This document shows, in pieces, positions 1-7,652 of a DNA stretch of 64,000 nucleotides (its first letter is position 1; each line of letters begins with the position of its first letter). A program made the translations under genes and the position numbers. Under the pieces are notes generated by a model. It made no database searches. It had not been told where the DNA came from and saw only the letters and a list, made by a program, of their open reading frames with translations. Source of the stretch: Gemmatimonadota bacterium (GTDB lineage: Bacteria > Gemmatimonadota > Gemmatimonadetes > Gemmatimonadales > GWC2-71-9); the NCBI GenBank assembly GCA_031400975.1, contig JANNQX010000269.1, forward strand, positions 10,687 through 74,686, written 5' to 3'.

Positions 1-467
1 GGTGGGACGACCGGGGTACCAGCGGGGTCGTCGAACGGCGAGACGACATCGTGGAAACGGCGTTGGCCACCGGTCTCGATTCCGCGCTGGCGCGACACGG
101 TCCCGCCGACGGTGAGGGCTGGCTCTGGCGTAACGCCCACCACGCGAATCTGTATCATCTGCTTCGAATCCCGGTACTATCGGCGCTCAACCTATCGGTG
201 CCCTCCGGCCCGAATACGATTAGCCCATCCGGACCCGGTGGGACTCATGGTTCGAGCTGGCGGATGGTGGTCGAACTGGGGCCGGAGGTCGTGGCGTGGG
301 CGACCTATCCGGGCGGCCAATCGGGCAACCCTTTGAGCCGGCACTATCGTGATTTTCTGCCTCAGTGGTTGGCCGGCGAACTTGACTCCCTCGTCGTCCC
401 AAGCCGCGCCGATCTGTTTCCACCTCCGCGCATCGAGAGCAGGTTCATCTTCGGGAAAGGGCGATAA
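1..467 (+). CDS. penicillin/AHL acylase (Ntn-hydrolase, S45) family protein, C-terminal fragment; 5' end outside window
   Basis: Frame is open from base 3 to TAA 465-467. The tail YPGGQSGNPLSRHYRDFLPQWLAGE matches the conserved GGQSGNP..S.HY C-terminus of penicillin-acylase-family enzymes. Confidence 0.75.
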   Translation, partial: WDDRGTSGVVERRDDIVETALATGLDSALARHGPADGEGWLWRNAHHANLYHLLRIPVLSALNLSVPSGPNTISPSGPGGTHGSSWRMVVELGPEVVAWATYPGGQSGNPLSRHYRDFLPQWLAGELDSLVVPSRADLFPPPRIESRFIFGKGR

Positions 468-469
468 CC

Positions 470-820
470 ATGGTCGTGGCGTACTGGATGCTGGTCATGG
501 CCAACGCTTCGGCCTTTGGCACCTTGCTTTTGGGGTGGTATGTGGTGCCGTTCGTCGGGCTGATCGGGGCCTGGTGGGCGCCCCGGGCTTCGCGACCCCT
601 GATATCGGTGCCGGTGGGATTGGCGCTCGGCTGGGGCGTTCTTTTGGTGCGTAGTGCCCGGAGTGACGGCTTTCCGGCACTGGCCGAGATTTTGGAAGCG
701 CTGCTTCCGGTTCGGCCGGCCGCCCTGGCCAGTGCGTCACTCGGGTTGGTGTTTCTACTTGGCCTCGGCGCGGCGTTGGTCGGGGTGGCTCTTCGTCGAC
801 CCGTTGCGACGGGTTCCTGA
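470..820 (+). CDS. hypothetical integral membrane protein
   Basis: 116-aa ORF starting 3 nt after the acylase stop. It has several hydrophobic helices (FGTLLLGWYVVPFVGLIGAWW; LGLVFLLGLGAALVGVAL). No family recognised. Confidence 0.5.
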   Translation: MVVAYWMLVMANASAFGTLLLGWYVVPFVGLIGAWWAPRASRPLISVPVGLALGWGVLLVRSARSDGFPALAEILEALLPVRPAALASASLGLVFLLGLGAALVGVALRRPVATGS

Positions 821-823
821 TTC

Positions 824-1750
824 GTGGGTTCACTTCTAGGTCGGAGTACATTGTCAATGAAATCACTTCTTGTCGCGGGGCTGGTGATTGGCTCCGTTGG
901 GTCGGCGCAGGCTCAACAGGATTCGGTTCGAATCCAGACGGTCCCGGTGGCGACCGGGGTTTACATGCTGGTGGGGCAGGGCGGCAACATTGGTGTCTCA
1001 GTCGGTGAGGATGCCGTCTTCCTGGTCGACGACCAATTTGCGCCGCTAACCGACAAGATCATCGCGGCGGTCAAAACGCTTTCGGACAAGCCGATCAGGT
1101 TCCTGCTCAATACCCATTGGCACGGGGACCACACCGGTGGCAATGAGAATTTCGGCAAGGCCGGCGTGATCATCGTGGCCCACGACAATGTTCGGCAGCG
1201 GATGAGTGTCGAGCAGTTCATCGCCAGATTCAACAGCCGAACCCCGCCGGCGCCCAAGGCGGCGCTCCCGGTCGTCACCTTCAACGACGTCGCGACCTTC
1301 CATCTCAATGGCGACGACATCCAAGCCACCCACCTCAAGAACGCCCATACCGACGGCGATGTCTTGGTTCGATGGCAGAAGGCGAACGTCATCCACCTCG
1401 GCGACACCTTCTTCAACGGAATTTACCCGTTCATCGACCTGTCGAGCGGGGGGTCGATCAATGGGGTGATCGAGGCCGCCACCAAGGCGCTGGCCCTGGC
1501 GGACGAACAAACCAAGATCATCCCCGGTCACGGCCCGCTGTCGGGGAAGGCTGACCTGATGGCCTATCGGGATATGCTGGTGACGGTGCGGAATTCAGTT
1601 CGGTCGTTGATCGCCCAGCGGAAGTCGCTACCTCAGGTCTTGGCGGCCAAGCCGAGCGCGGCGTTTGATGCGAAGTGGGGCAATGGGTTCATGAAGACCG
1701 ACGACTTCGTGGCCACAGTGTTCGAGAGCCTCGCGGCTAAGAAAAAGTAG
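824..1750 (+). CDS. secreted MBL-fold metallo-hydrolase
   Basis: Signal peptide MKSLLVAGLVIGSVGSAQAQ, metallo-beta-lactamase motif LLNTHWHGDHTGGN, and later HTDGD and IIPGHGP metal-ligand motifs. Confidence 0.85.
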   Translation: MGSLLGRSTLSMKSLLVAGLVIGSVGSAQAQQDSVRIQTVPVATGVYMLVGQGGNIGVSVGEDAVFLVDDQFAPLTDKIIAAVKTLSDKPIRFLLNTHWHGDHTGGNENFGKAGVIIVAHDNVRQRMSVEQFIARFNSRTPPAPKAALPVVTFNDVATFHLNGDDIQATHLKNAHTDGDVLVRWQKANVIHLGDTFFNGIYPFIDLSSGGSINGVIEAATKALALADEQTKIIPGHGPLSGKADLMAYRDMLVTVRNSVRSLIAQRKSLPQVLAAKPSAAFDAKWGNGFMKTDDFVATVFESLAAKKK

Positions 1751-1764
1751 TTGCCGCAGTCGGG

Positions 1765-2301
1765 CTATCGGGTAAAGACGAGGATGGCGCCGCCGTCGTA
1801 CCCGGTTCCGTATCGGATGCTGGCGTCGGCGGCGTTGAGATAGCGGATTTCCCGGACCGCCGAAGCCGAGATCTCCGCCAGGGCGCCCAACCGGCCACGG
1901 GGGGCGCCATCGACAATCACTTGGGGTGTTGGCGTCACGGCTCCGCTCGCTGCGTTGCCGAACGAACTGGCTCCCCGAGTCCGCAGGAAGCCGGGGCGAA
2001 GGCGCTGGACGATGTCCCGCGCGGTTTGGACCTCGCTTCGGATCGGGTCGATCTCTTCGACGACGATCAGGTCCGGTTGTCGCTTCAATTTGGGTCTTGG
2101 AGCCGAGTCTTGGGCCGAGAGCGGCTCGGCCAATGCCACGAAGAAGAGCAGGGAAGCGAGCCGCGTCATTGGGGCCTCGGAGGAAGCGCTGGATCGGGAA
2201 GTATACTCCGGAGCGGCCTCGCGCCCAGTGTGGGGATGGCTCCAGGGCACGGCTGCTCCGACCCCGACGATCATCGCCGCCAGCATCAGTCTGCCCGTCA
2301 T
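1765..2301 (-). CDS. exported protein with TonB-dependent-receptor plug-like C-terminal domain
   Basis: The C-terminus VIVDGAPRG...EIRYLNAADASIRYGTGYDGGAILVFTR resembles a TBDR plug. ATG 2301 overlaps the upstream RHH stop (ATGA). An alternative start at ATG 2169 has a GAGG RBS and gives a classic signal peptide, MTRLASLLFFVALAEPLSAQ. The 261-aa ORF in the track is over-extended. Confidence 0.6.
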   Translation of the reverse strand: MTGRLMLAAMIVGVGAAVPWSHPHTGREAAPEYTSRSSASSEAPMTRLASLLFFVALAEPLSAQDSAPRPKLKRQPDLIVVEEIDPIRSEVQTARDIVQRLRPGFLRTRGASSFGNAASGAVTPTPQVIVDGAPRGRLGALAEISASAVREIRYLNAADASIRYGTGYDGGAILVFTR

Positions 2302-2489
2302 GTCGATTCTGGCTCCTTTGCAGGTGAGTTCGGGGTGCCCCTGGGGATTACACCCGCGATCGTCAAAGCCCGACGAAGGGCGAACTCGATTTGACCGTTG
2401 AGACTTCGGAACTCGGTCGCGGCCCAGCGCTGCAACGCGTCGTGCAGCGCCGGGTCGATTCGGATGAGTACCGATTTCCGCTCGGCCAT
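2298..2489 (-). CDS. Arc/MetJ-type ribbon-helix-helix DNA-binding protein
   Basis: 63 aa. KSVLIRIDPALHDALQRWAATEFRSLNGQIEFALRRAL fits the beta-strand plus two-helix RHH pattern. It starts 6 nt after the SPFH stop. Confidence 0.7.
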   Translation of the reverse strand: MAERKSVLIRIDPALHDALQRWAATEFRSLNGQIEFALRRALTIAGVIPRGTPNSPAKEPEST

Positions 2490-2495
2490 ACCGAA

Positions 2496-3365
2496 TCAGG
2501 AGTACAAGGTTCCGGTGTTCACGACCGGTTGAGTCGACCGCTCGCTGCAAAGGACGACCAGCAGGTTCGAAACCATCGCAGCCTTCCGCTCGTCGTCGAG
2601 GTCGACAATGCCCCGTTTTGAGAGGAGTTCGAGCGCATTCTCGACCATGCCGACGGCCCCCTCGACAATCTTCTGCCGAGCGGCGATGATGGCCGATGCT
2701 TGCTGTCGTTGGAGCATGGCCTGGGCAATCTCCGGCGAGTAGGCCAAGTGGCTGATCCGGGCATCCACCACGTGAACACCGGCTTTGGCCAGGCGCTCTT
2801 CGATGTGTTGCTGGAGGGTCTTCGAGACCTCGGATGGCGAGCCACTGAGTGACAGTTCGCCGGTCTGGTGGGCATCGTAGGGGTACGTAGACGCCAAGCT
2901 CCGGACCGCCGATTCGCTTTGGATCTTGACGAAGTGCTCGAAATCATCGACCTCGAACAAGGCCTCGGCGCTGTCAACGACTTGCCATACTACGACCGCG
3001 GCAATCTCGATCGGGTTGGAGTGGTTGTCGTTGACCTTGAGTTTGGTGGTCTCGAAGTTCCTGACTCGGAGGGAGACCTTACTCTTCACCGTAAACGGGT
3101 TGGCGAACCAGATCCCCTCGTCTCTGGCCGAGCCGGCGTACTTTCCGAACAGGGTCAGCACTTTCGCCTCATTGGGGTTTACGACGAAGATCCCTGCCGC
3201 GGCCAACAGGACGACGGTTAGGACGGTGATGGCCGCGACGACGAAGATCGGTCGTTCCGCCTGAACCGCCTTGGTGAAGAGCCAAACCGCCCCGGCCAAT
3301 CCGGCAAGGGCCAGTCCGATGATCGGCAGACCGGGGGTTGGGTGGTTGGGACGTTCCTTGATCAT
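2496..3365 (-). CDS. SPFH/band-7 (stomatin/prohibitin-like) membrane protein
   Basis: N-terminal TM ([18 protein letters not shown]...[21 protein letters not shown]) followed by an SPFH core ([33 protein letters not shown]...[28 protein letters not shown]). GGAG RBS lies 8 nt upstream. Confidence 0.85.
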   Translation of the reverse strand: MIKERPNHPTPGLPIIGLALAGLAGAVWLFTKAVQAERPIFVVAAITVLTVVLLAAAGIFVVNPNEAKVLTLFGKYAGSARDEGIWFANPFTVKSKVSLRVRNFETTKLKVNDNHSNPIEIAAVVVWQVVDSAEALFEVDDFEHFVKIQSESAVRSLASTYPYDAHQTGELSLSGSPSEVSKTLQQHIEERLAKAGVHVVDARISHLAYSPEIAQAMLQRQQASAIIAARQKIVEGAVGMVENALELLSKRGIVDLDDERKAAMVSNLLVVLCSERSTQPVVNTGTLYS

Positions 3366-3385
3366 GACGACGACTCCAGCTGAGG

Positions 3386-3424
3386 GTGATATCTCAATGA
3401 TATCACAAGAATATCACTTGTCAA
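3386..3424 (-). promoter_or_regulatory. sigma-70-type promoter of the SPFH operon overlapped by three (G/A)ATATCAC operator-like repeats
   Basis: On the minus strand: TTGACA (3424-3419), a 16-nt spacer, then TGA-TATCAT (extended -10, 3402-3397). On the plus strand: GTGATATC 3386-3393 and GATATCAC 3399-3406 form an inverted repeat, and AATATCAC 3410-3417 is a third copy 11 bp from the second. Confidence 0.6.
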
Positions 3425-3503
3425 TAGGCCGGGGGGCCTGGTTCCAACGTTTGCCCTGTCCGGGTGATCCAATTGCTCGCTACCCCACACCCAGGCAGAT
3501 GCA

Positions 3504-4046
3504 TTGGCTGCTCCATTGCGACTAGACCTCGCGGCACTTGAGCACGACGACGTCGCCCTGGCGGCCGGCGGGGACACCGACGCGTTCGAGCGGCTGTACC
3601 GCCGGCATGTGGCGCGGGTGACGGCGTTGGCCCGATGGCTGATTGGCGATGGGGATGTGGATGATGCGGTGCAGGAGGTGTTTGTCCGGGTTTGGCAAAA
3701 GCTGGGCACCTTCGCGGGGAACAGCGCCTTCAGCACCTGGCTTCACCGGGTCGCGGTGAACGCGATGCTCCGCCGACGGCAGACGATCGGACGATCGCGC
3801 GCCCGGTTCATCCAAGATGACCTGGCCATGGCGGAGGCGCCGAGCGCCAGTCACCACCCCGATCTCAAGGTGGCGATCGAACATGCGGTCGGCACCCTGC
3901 CCGCCGGAGCTCGTGAGGTGTTTGTGCTGCACGACATGGAAGGGTTCAAGCACGAGGAAATTGCCCAGATGTTGGCGATCGATCCCGGAACCTCCCGTTC
4001 GCAGCTTCATCGGGCTCGGATGCTGCTCCGCAAGGTATTGAGCTAA
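3504..4046 (+). CDS. ECF-type RNA polymerase sigma factor (sigma-70 family)
   Basis: Region 2 (DAFERLYRRHVARVTALARWLIGDGDVDDAVQEVFVRVWQKLGTF...FSTWLHRVAVNAMLRRRQ) and region 4 (REVFVLHDMEGFKHEEIAQMLAIDPGTSRSQLHRARMLLRK). The TTG start at 3504 is uncertain. Confidence 0.88.
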   Translation: MAAPLRLDLAALEHDDVALAAGGDTDAFERLYRRHVARVTALARWLIGDGDVDDAVQEVFVRVWQKLGTFAGNSAFSTWLHRVAVNAMLRRRQTIGRSRARFIQDDLAMAEAPSASHHPDLKVAIEHAVGTLPAGAREVFVLHDMEGFKHEEIAQMLAIDPGTSRSQLHRARMLLRKVLS

Positions 4047-4726
4047 TGACTGGAGACAAGGCAATGTCGGATCAATGGACGGACCAGCTTTCCGGGTACC
4101 TCGACGGCGACCTCGACCCCGTGGTTGCGGCCGACCTCGAAGCCCATCTAGTAACCTGCTCGGAATGCCGGGTTGTGTTAGCCGACCTTCGGCAGATTGT
4201 CGCGGCGGCCCCATCGTATCGGGGTACTGAGCCAGGTCGCGACGGGTGGCCCTCGATCCGGGCGGCGATCGAGACCGACCGGATGGTTTCGTTTCCGTCG
4301 GCCGGCCGGCCGGTTCAGGGCCTCCGGTGGCGGCATCTGGTCGCGGCCGGTCTCGTGATGGCGGCCGCTGGCTTGGCGGGCGGGTGGTATTGGTTTGGAG
4401 ACCGTCCCGGTGGCGTTGAGCCGCCACAGGTGGCGACCCAGCCGGGTGCCGGGGCGATGGTGGCCGGCCTGACCAGCGTCGCCTATGACAGTGCGGTCGC
4501 GGAGCTAGAGCGGGTTCTGGTCACCAACCGGGCTCGGCTCGACACGGCGACCGTCCGGTCGGTGGAGTCCAGCTTGGCCTTGATCGACCGGGCGATCGCT
4601 GAAGCACGGACGGCGATCCAACGCGACACGGCGAACGGGTATCTCAATGGTCAGATCGCGGCGAACCTGAAGAAGAAACTGACTGTTCTTCGGATCGCGA
4701 CGCGAGCGATGGATTCCGAAACCTAA
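4046..4726 (+). CDS. anti-sigma factor (zf-HC2 type, single-pass membrane)
   Basis: TAATG junction with the sigma gene. Zinc-finger anti-sigma motif LSGYLDGDLDP...HLVTCSECR, and a central TM (LVAAGLVMAAAGLAGGWYWF). Confidence 0.8.
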   Translation: MTGDKAMSDQWTDQLSGYLDGDLDPVVAADLEAHLVTCSECRVVLADLRQIVAAAPSYRGTEPGRDGWPSIRAAIETDRMVSFPSAGRPVQGLRWRHLVAAGLVMAAAGLAGGWYWFGDRPGGVEPPQVATQPGAGAMVAGLTSVAYDSAVAELERVLVTNRARLDTATVRSVESSLALIDRAIAEARTAIQRDTANGYLNGQIAANLKKKLTVLRIATRAMDSET

Positions 4727-4744
4727 CGTTAAGGTGCCGCATAT

Positions 4745-5683
4745 ATGATGGTTCTCGCAGCTTCGTTCGTCGTGCTCCTGGCTCTCCAGGCGCCGCGGTT
4801 CGACACCGATACCACCGTCGCCGTTCCCCAAGGCTCCCGGCTCCGGCTCCAAAACCAAGGCGGCGATGTCACCGTCAAGACGTGGGACCGTGGCCAAATT
4901 CGGATTCAAGCCACCCATTCCAAGCGTTCCTCCGTTGCGGTCAACGTTCGGGGCCAGGTGGTGGAGATCGAAGCCCAAGGGCGCCGCGGGATCGCGACAT
5001 CGGTGGACTATGAGCTGACCGTCCCGACCTGGATGGCTCTGGATATTGGCGGGATGTACGCGGAGGTCTCGATCGACGGAACCAAGGCGCCGGTCAAGGT
5101 CCAGACCTTAGAAGGAGACATCACGCTACGAGGCGGGGCCGAGACCGTCAACCTGAGTACCGTCAACGGCCGGATCAAGGTCGTTGGAGCGCGGGGCCGG
5201 ATCGAACTGCATGCGGTGTCGGAAGGCATCACCGTCAGCGACGTGGCTGGCGGCGACCTGGTGGTCGAGTCGGTCAGCGGCGACATCGACCTCCGCCGTG
5301 TCGACGCCAAGTCGGTTGACGCCCAGACCATCAGCGGCGAGGTGATCTATGAGGGCCGGATCGTCGACGCGGGCTCCTATTCATTTCTGACCCACAGCGG
5401 TGACGTGACCCTGGCGATCGCCGAGGCCACCAACGCCAGCCTCACGGTAGTCACCGGCAACGGCGAAGTCAGCTCGAGTTTCACGCTCAAGGCCGAACGA
5501 GCCGGCCGGCGGCGAAGCACGTACCGGATGGGGAATGGAAGCGCCAATGTCGAGATTGAGACGTTCAGTGGGGACGTCGAACTGATCCGGTCCGAGGAAT
5601 TGAAGGCCGCCAAGGTCAAGGTAAAGGGAAAGGCTCCGTCCGATGACCGGGACGACGACCAGATCGAGGGAGAGGACCGATGA
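4745..5683 (+). CDS. DUF4097-type beta-strand repeat protein (putative adhesin/LiaG-like)
   Basis: N-terminal hydrophobic leader and repeated G(D/E)(I/V)x(L/V) strands (GGDVTVKT, EGDITLRG, VNGRIKV, SGDIDLR, SGEVIYEG, SGDVTLA, SGDVELI). Confidence 0.7.
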   Translation: MMVLAASFVVLLALQAPRFDTDTTVAVPQGSRLRLQNQGGDVTVKTWDRGQIRIQATHSKRSSVAVNVRGQVVEIEAQGRRGIATSVDYELTVPTWMALDIGGMYAEVSIDGTKAPVKVQTLEGDITLRGGAETVNLSTVNGRIKVVGARGRIELHAVSEGITVSDVAGGDLVVESVSGDIDLRRVDAKSVDAQTISGEVIYEGRIVDAGSYSFLTHSGDVTLAIAEATNASLTVVTGNGEVSSSFTLKAERAGRRRSTYRMGNGSANVEIETFSGDVELIRSEELKAAKVKVKGKAPSDDRDDDQIEGEDR

Positions 5684-6561
5684 AACAGTTCTTCGGTGGG
5701 TGTGGTCTGGCTTTGGTGCTGGCTTCGGGCCCGGTGCAGGGACCGCAATTCGAACTCACCCGGGACCTCGCCCAAGGCACTCGCTTCGTGCTCCGGAACG
5801 TCGTCGGCGACGTTCACCTCGAGGCCGGCACCGGCCGGACCCTCGAAGTGCGGGCGAAGAAGACGGCCGGTCGCCGGGGCAACCCGGATGAGGTGGATAT
5901 CACCACGATCGAAATCGACGGCGGCGTGGCGGTGTGCGTCTACTATCCGATGTCCGACCGGCGTCGGTCGCGAGGGCGCGACCACGACGACGACCGGGAC
6001 CGCTCCCGCCGCGACGATCCCTGTCGCCGGGATTCCGAATGGCAGGGCACCGACCGGAACGACACCTCGGTCGATTTCGTCGTGCGCCTACCGGCCGGTC
6101 TCCGGGTCGACGCCCGGACGGTCTCAGGCGACCTGATCGGCCGGGGCCTCCGGGGCACCCTCGACCTTGGAACCGTCTCCGGGGACGTCCGGTTGACCGA
6201 TACCGAAGGGGATATTCTCGAGGCGTCCTCGGTCAGTGGTGACGTGGAGCTGGAGGGCATCCGAGTTCGACAGGTGACGGCCGAAACGGTCAGCGGGGAT
6301 GTGACGTTCGCGGGCCCAGTCGACGGGAAGGGCCGCTATGATCTCAAATCACTGAGTGGGGATGTCGTCATGACCGTCCCCGAACGCCCCGACGCGACCG
6401 TGAACGCCGTGACGTTCAGCGGCGACATCGATTCGGTCTTTCCGGTCACGACCACCGGGCGGAGCCGCCGGCATCGCTTCAGCGCCACCTGGGGCAGCGG
6501 GACGGCGAAGCTCGACCTCGAGTCGTTCTCGGGTGACATCAAGATTCGCGAGGCCCGTTAG
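5680..6561 (+). CDS. DUF4097-type beta-strand repeat protein with Asp/Arg-rich insert
   Basis: ATGA overlap with the previous gene. Same SGD(V/I/L) repeat series (SGDLIGRG, SGDVRLTD, SGDVELEG, SGDVTFAG, SGDVVMTV, SGDIDSV, SGDIKIRE). Insert SDRRRSRGRDHDDDRDRSRRDDPCRRDSE at aa 92-120. Confidence 0.7.
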   Translation: MKQFFGGCGLALVLASGPVQGPQFELTRDLAQGTRFVLRNVVGDVHLEAGTGRTLEVRAKKTAGRRGNPDEVDITTIEIDGGVAVCVYYPMSDRRRSRGRDHDDDRDRSRRDDPCRRDSEWQGTDRNDTSVDFVVRLPAGLRVDARTVSGDLIGRGLRGTLDLGTVSGDVRLTDTEGDILEASSVSGDVELEGIRVRQVTAETVSGDVTFAGPVDGKGRYDLKSLSGDVVMTVPERPDATVNAVTFSGDIDSVFPVTTTGRSRRHRFSATWGSGTAKLDLESFSGDIKIREAR

Positions 6562-7652
6562 GGTACGATCAAGGCTTTGATGACGGTTTGGCTCTCGACG
6601 GCGGCCAGGGCATCACCGGCGTGGGCCAGGTCGAATCGGCCTGACACCATCTCACGCCAAGGGATTCGATGCTGGAACCGGGCGGCGAGCTCGACCGCCC
6701 GATGGAAATGGGAATAGTCCGATCCCCAGCACCCGCGAATCTCGATGTGTTTCCGGTTGATCTGAAAATGGGGGTGGATCGGTACCGTGCCATGGTCGGT
6801 GTACTGGCCGACCACCACCACCCGGCCTCCGTCTCGAACGAGGTCTAGGGCCTGCGAAACCGCCTCCGGCCGGCCCGCGGCCTCGATCACTACGTCGACC
6901 CCGCGACCCCCAGTCAACCGGCGTACCGCCCCTACCCTTTCTTCGTGGGCCAGGGACAAGTCGAGGGTCGCCGTCGCACCCATTCGACGAGCGAACGACA
7001 AGCGATCGGCCGGCGCCCCCACCGCCACGATGTGTCCTGCACCCGAGAGGCCGGCCAGTGCGATCACCGATTGACCCACGGGACCGACGCCCAAAACCGC
7101 CACACTCTGGCCCAGCTTGAGTTCAGCGCGGTCGATCGCATGGACGGCGGTCGAGAGGCCACAGCCGCCGCCGATGAACGTTTCCGGTTCGAGCCCAGGG
7201 GGGAGCCGGATCATGCGGACGCCCGGCTTGATCCAAATTCGCTCCGCCCAGCCGCCTAACGGACCTTCGTTCGCTCCATAGGAGATCCCATAGACCTTGC
7301 GCGAGGGGCACCGGGTGGTCTGCTTGGCCACCAGGCACTGGTAGCATTGGTTGCAGGTCTCGTGGACGTCAAGGAATGTGACGACGTCGCCCTGATTGAA
7401 CTCGACGCCCTCGACGTCCCTGATCGGTCCAGCCATCGCCACGATCCGCCCAACCGAGACGTGTCCGGGGATGAGCGGGTACGGGACACCCGATAGCCTC
7501 CCGTGGTGAAGGTGGACGTCAGTGCCGCAGACCTCGGAATAGATTGTCTCGAGCAGGGCGGCCCCGGGGGCTAGCGGGGGAATCGCGATGCGCTCGAGGC
7601 GAACCGGCTGGTCGGGGGCCGGCATGACGGCCGCCAGGCAAGTGTCGGTCAT
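6558..7652 (-). CDS. zinc-dependent alcohol dehydrogenase family (MDR) oxidoreductase
   Basis: Trimmed to ATG 7652 (MTDTCLAAVMPAP...). EVCGTDVHLHHG and PLIPGHVSVGRIV Zn-ADH motifs and the Rossmann segment VAVLGVGPVGQSVIALAG. The track's 501-aa version carries an Arg/Pro-rich false N-terminal extension. Confidence 0.85.
   Translation of the reverse strand: MTDTCLAAVMPAPDQPVRLERIAIPPLAPGAALLETIYSEVCGTDVHLHHGRLSGVPYPLIPGHVSVGRIVAMAGPIRDVEGVEFNQGDVVTFLDVHETCNQCYQCLVAKQTTRCPSRKVYGISYGANEGPLGGWAERIWIKPGVRMIRLPPGLEPETFIGGGCGLSTAVHAIDRAELKLGQSVAVLGVGPVGQSVIALAGLSGAGHIVAVGAPADRLSFARRMGATATLDLSLAHEERVGAVRRLTGGRGVDVVIEAAGRPEAVSQALDLVRDGGRVVVVGQYTDHGTVPIHPHFQINRKHIEIRGCWGSDYSHFHRAVELAARFQHRIPWREMVSGRFDLAHAGDALAAVESQTVIKALIVP

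Noticed and set aside
915-945. tRNA T-arm-like hairpin GGATT-CGGTTCG-AATCC.
   Set aside because: It lies inside the MBL CDS (encoding QDSVRIQTV). The loop does not match TTCRANY, and no acceptor, D or anticodon arms can be built.
3444-3472. Possible autoregulated ECF promoter (CCAAC ... TCCAA) upstream of the sigma gene.
   Set aside because: Neither element matches the GGAAC / CGT(C/T) or TCnAA consensus well, and the spacing is about 19 nt. The match is too weak to call without knowing the ECF group.
3522-4427. A 301-aa ORF antisense to the ECF sigma and anti-sigma genes. Similar long ORFs occur at 9329-9928, 19172-19975, 12721-13608, 22958-24073 and 43162-43797.
   Set aside because: These have Arg/Pro/Gly/Ser-rich low-complexity translations typical of shadow ORFs in GC-rich DNA. 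Each lies opposite or out of frame to a gene with clear family motifs.
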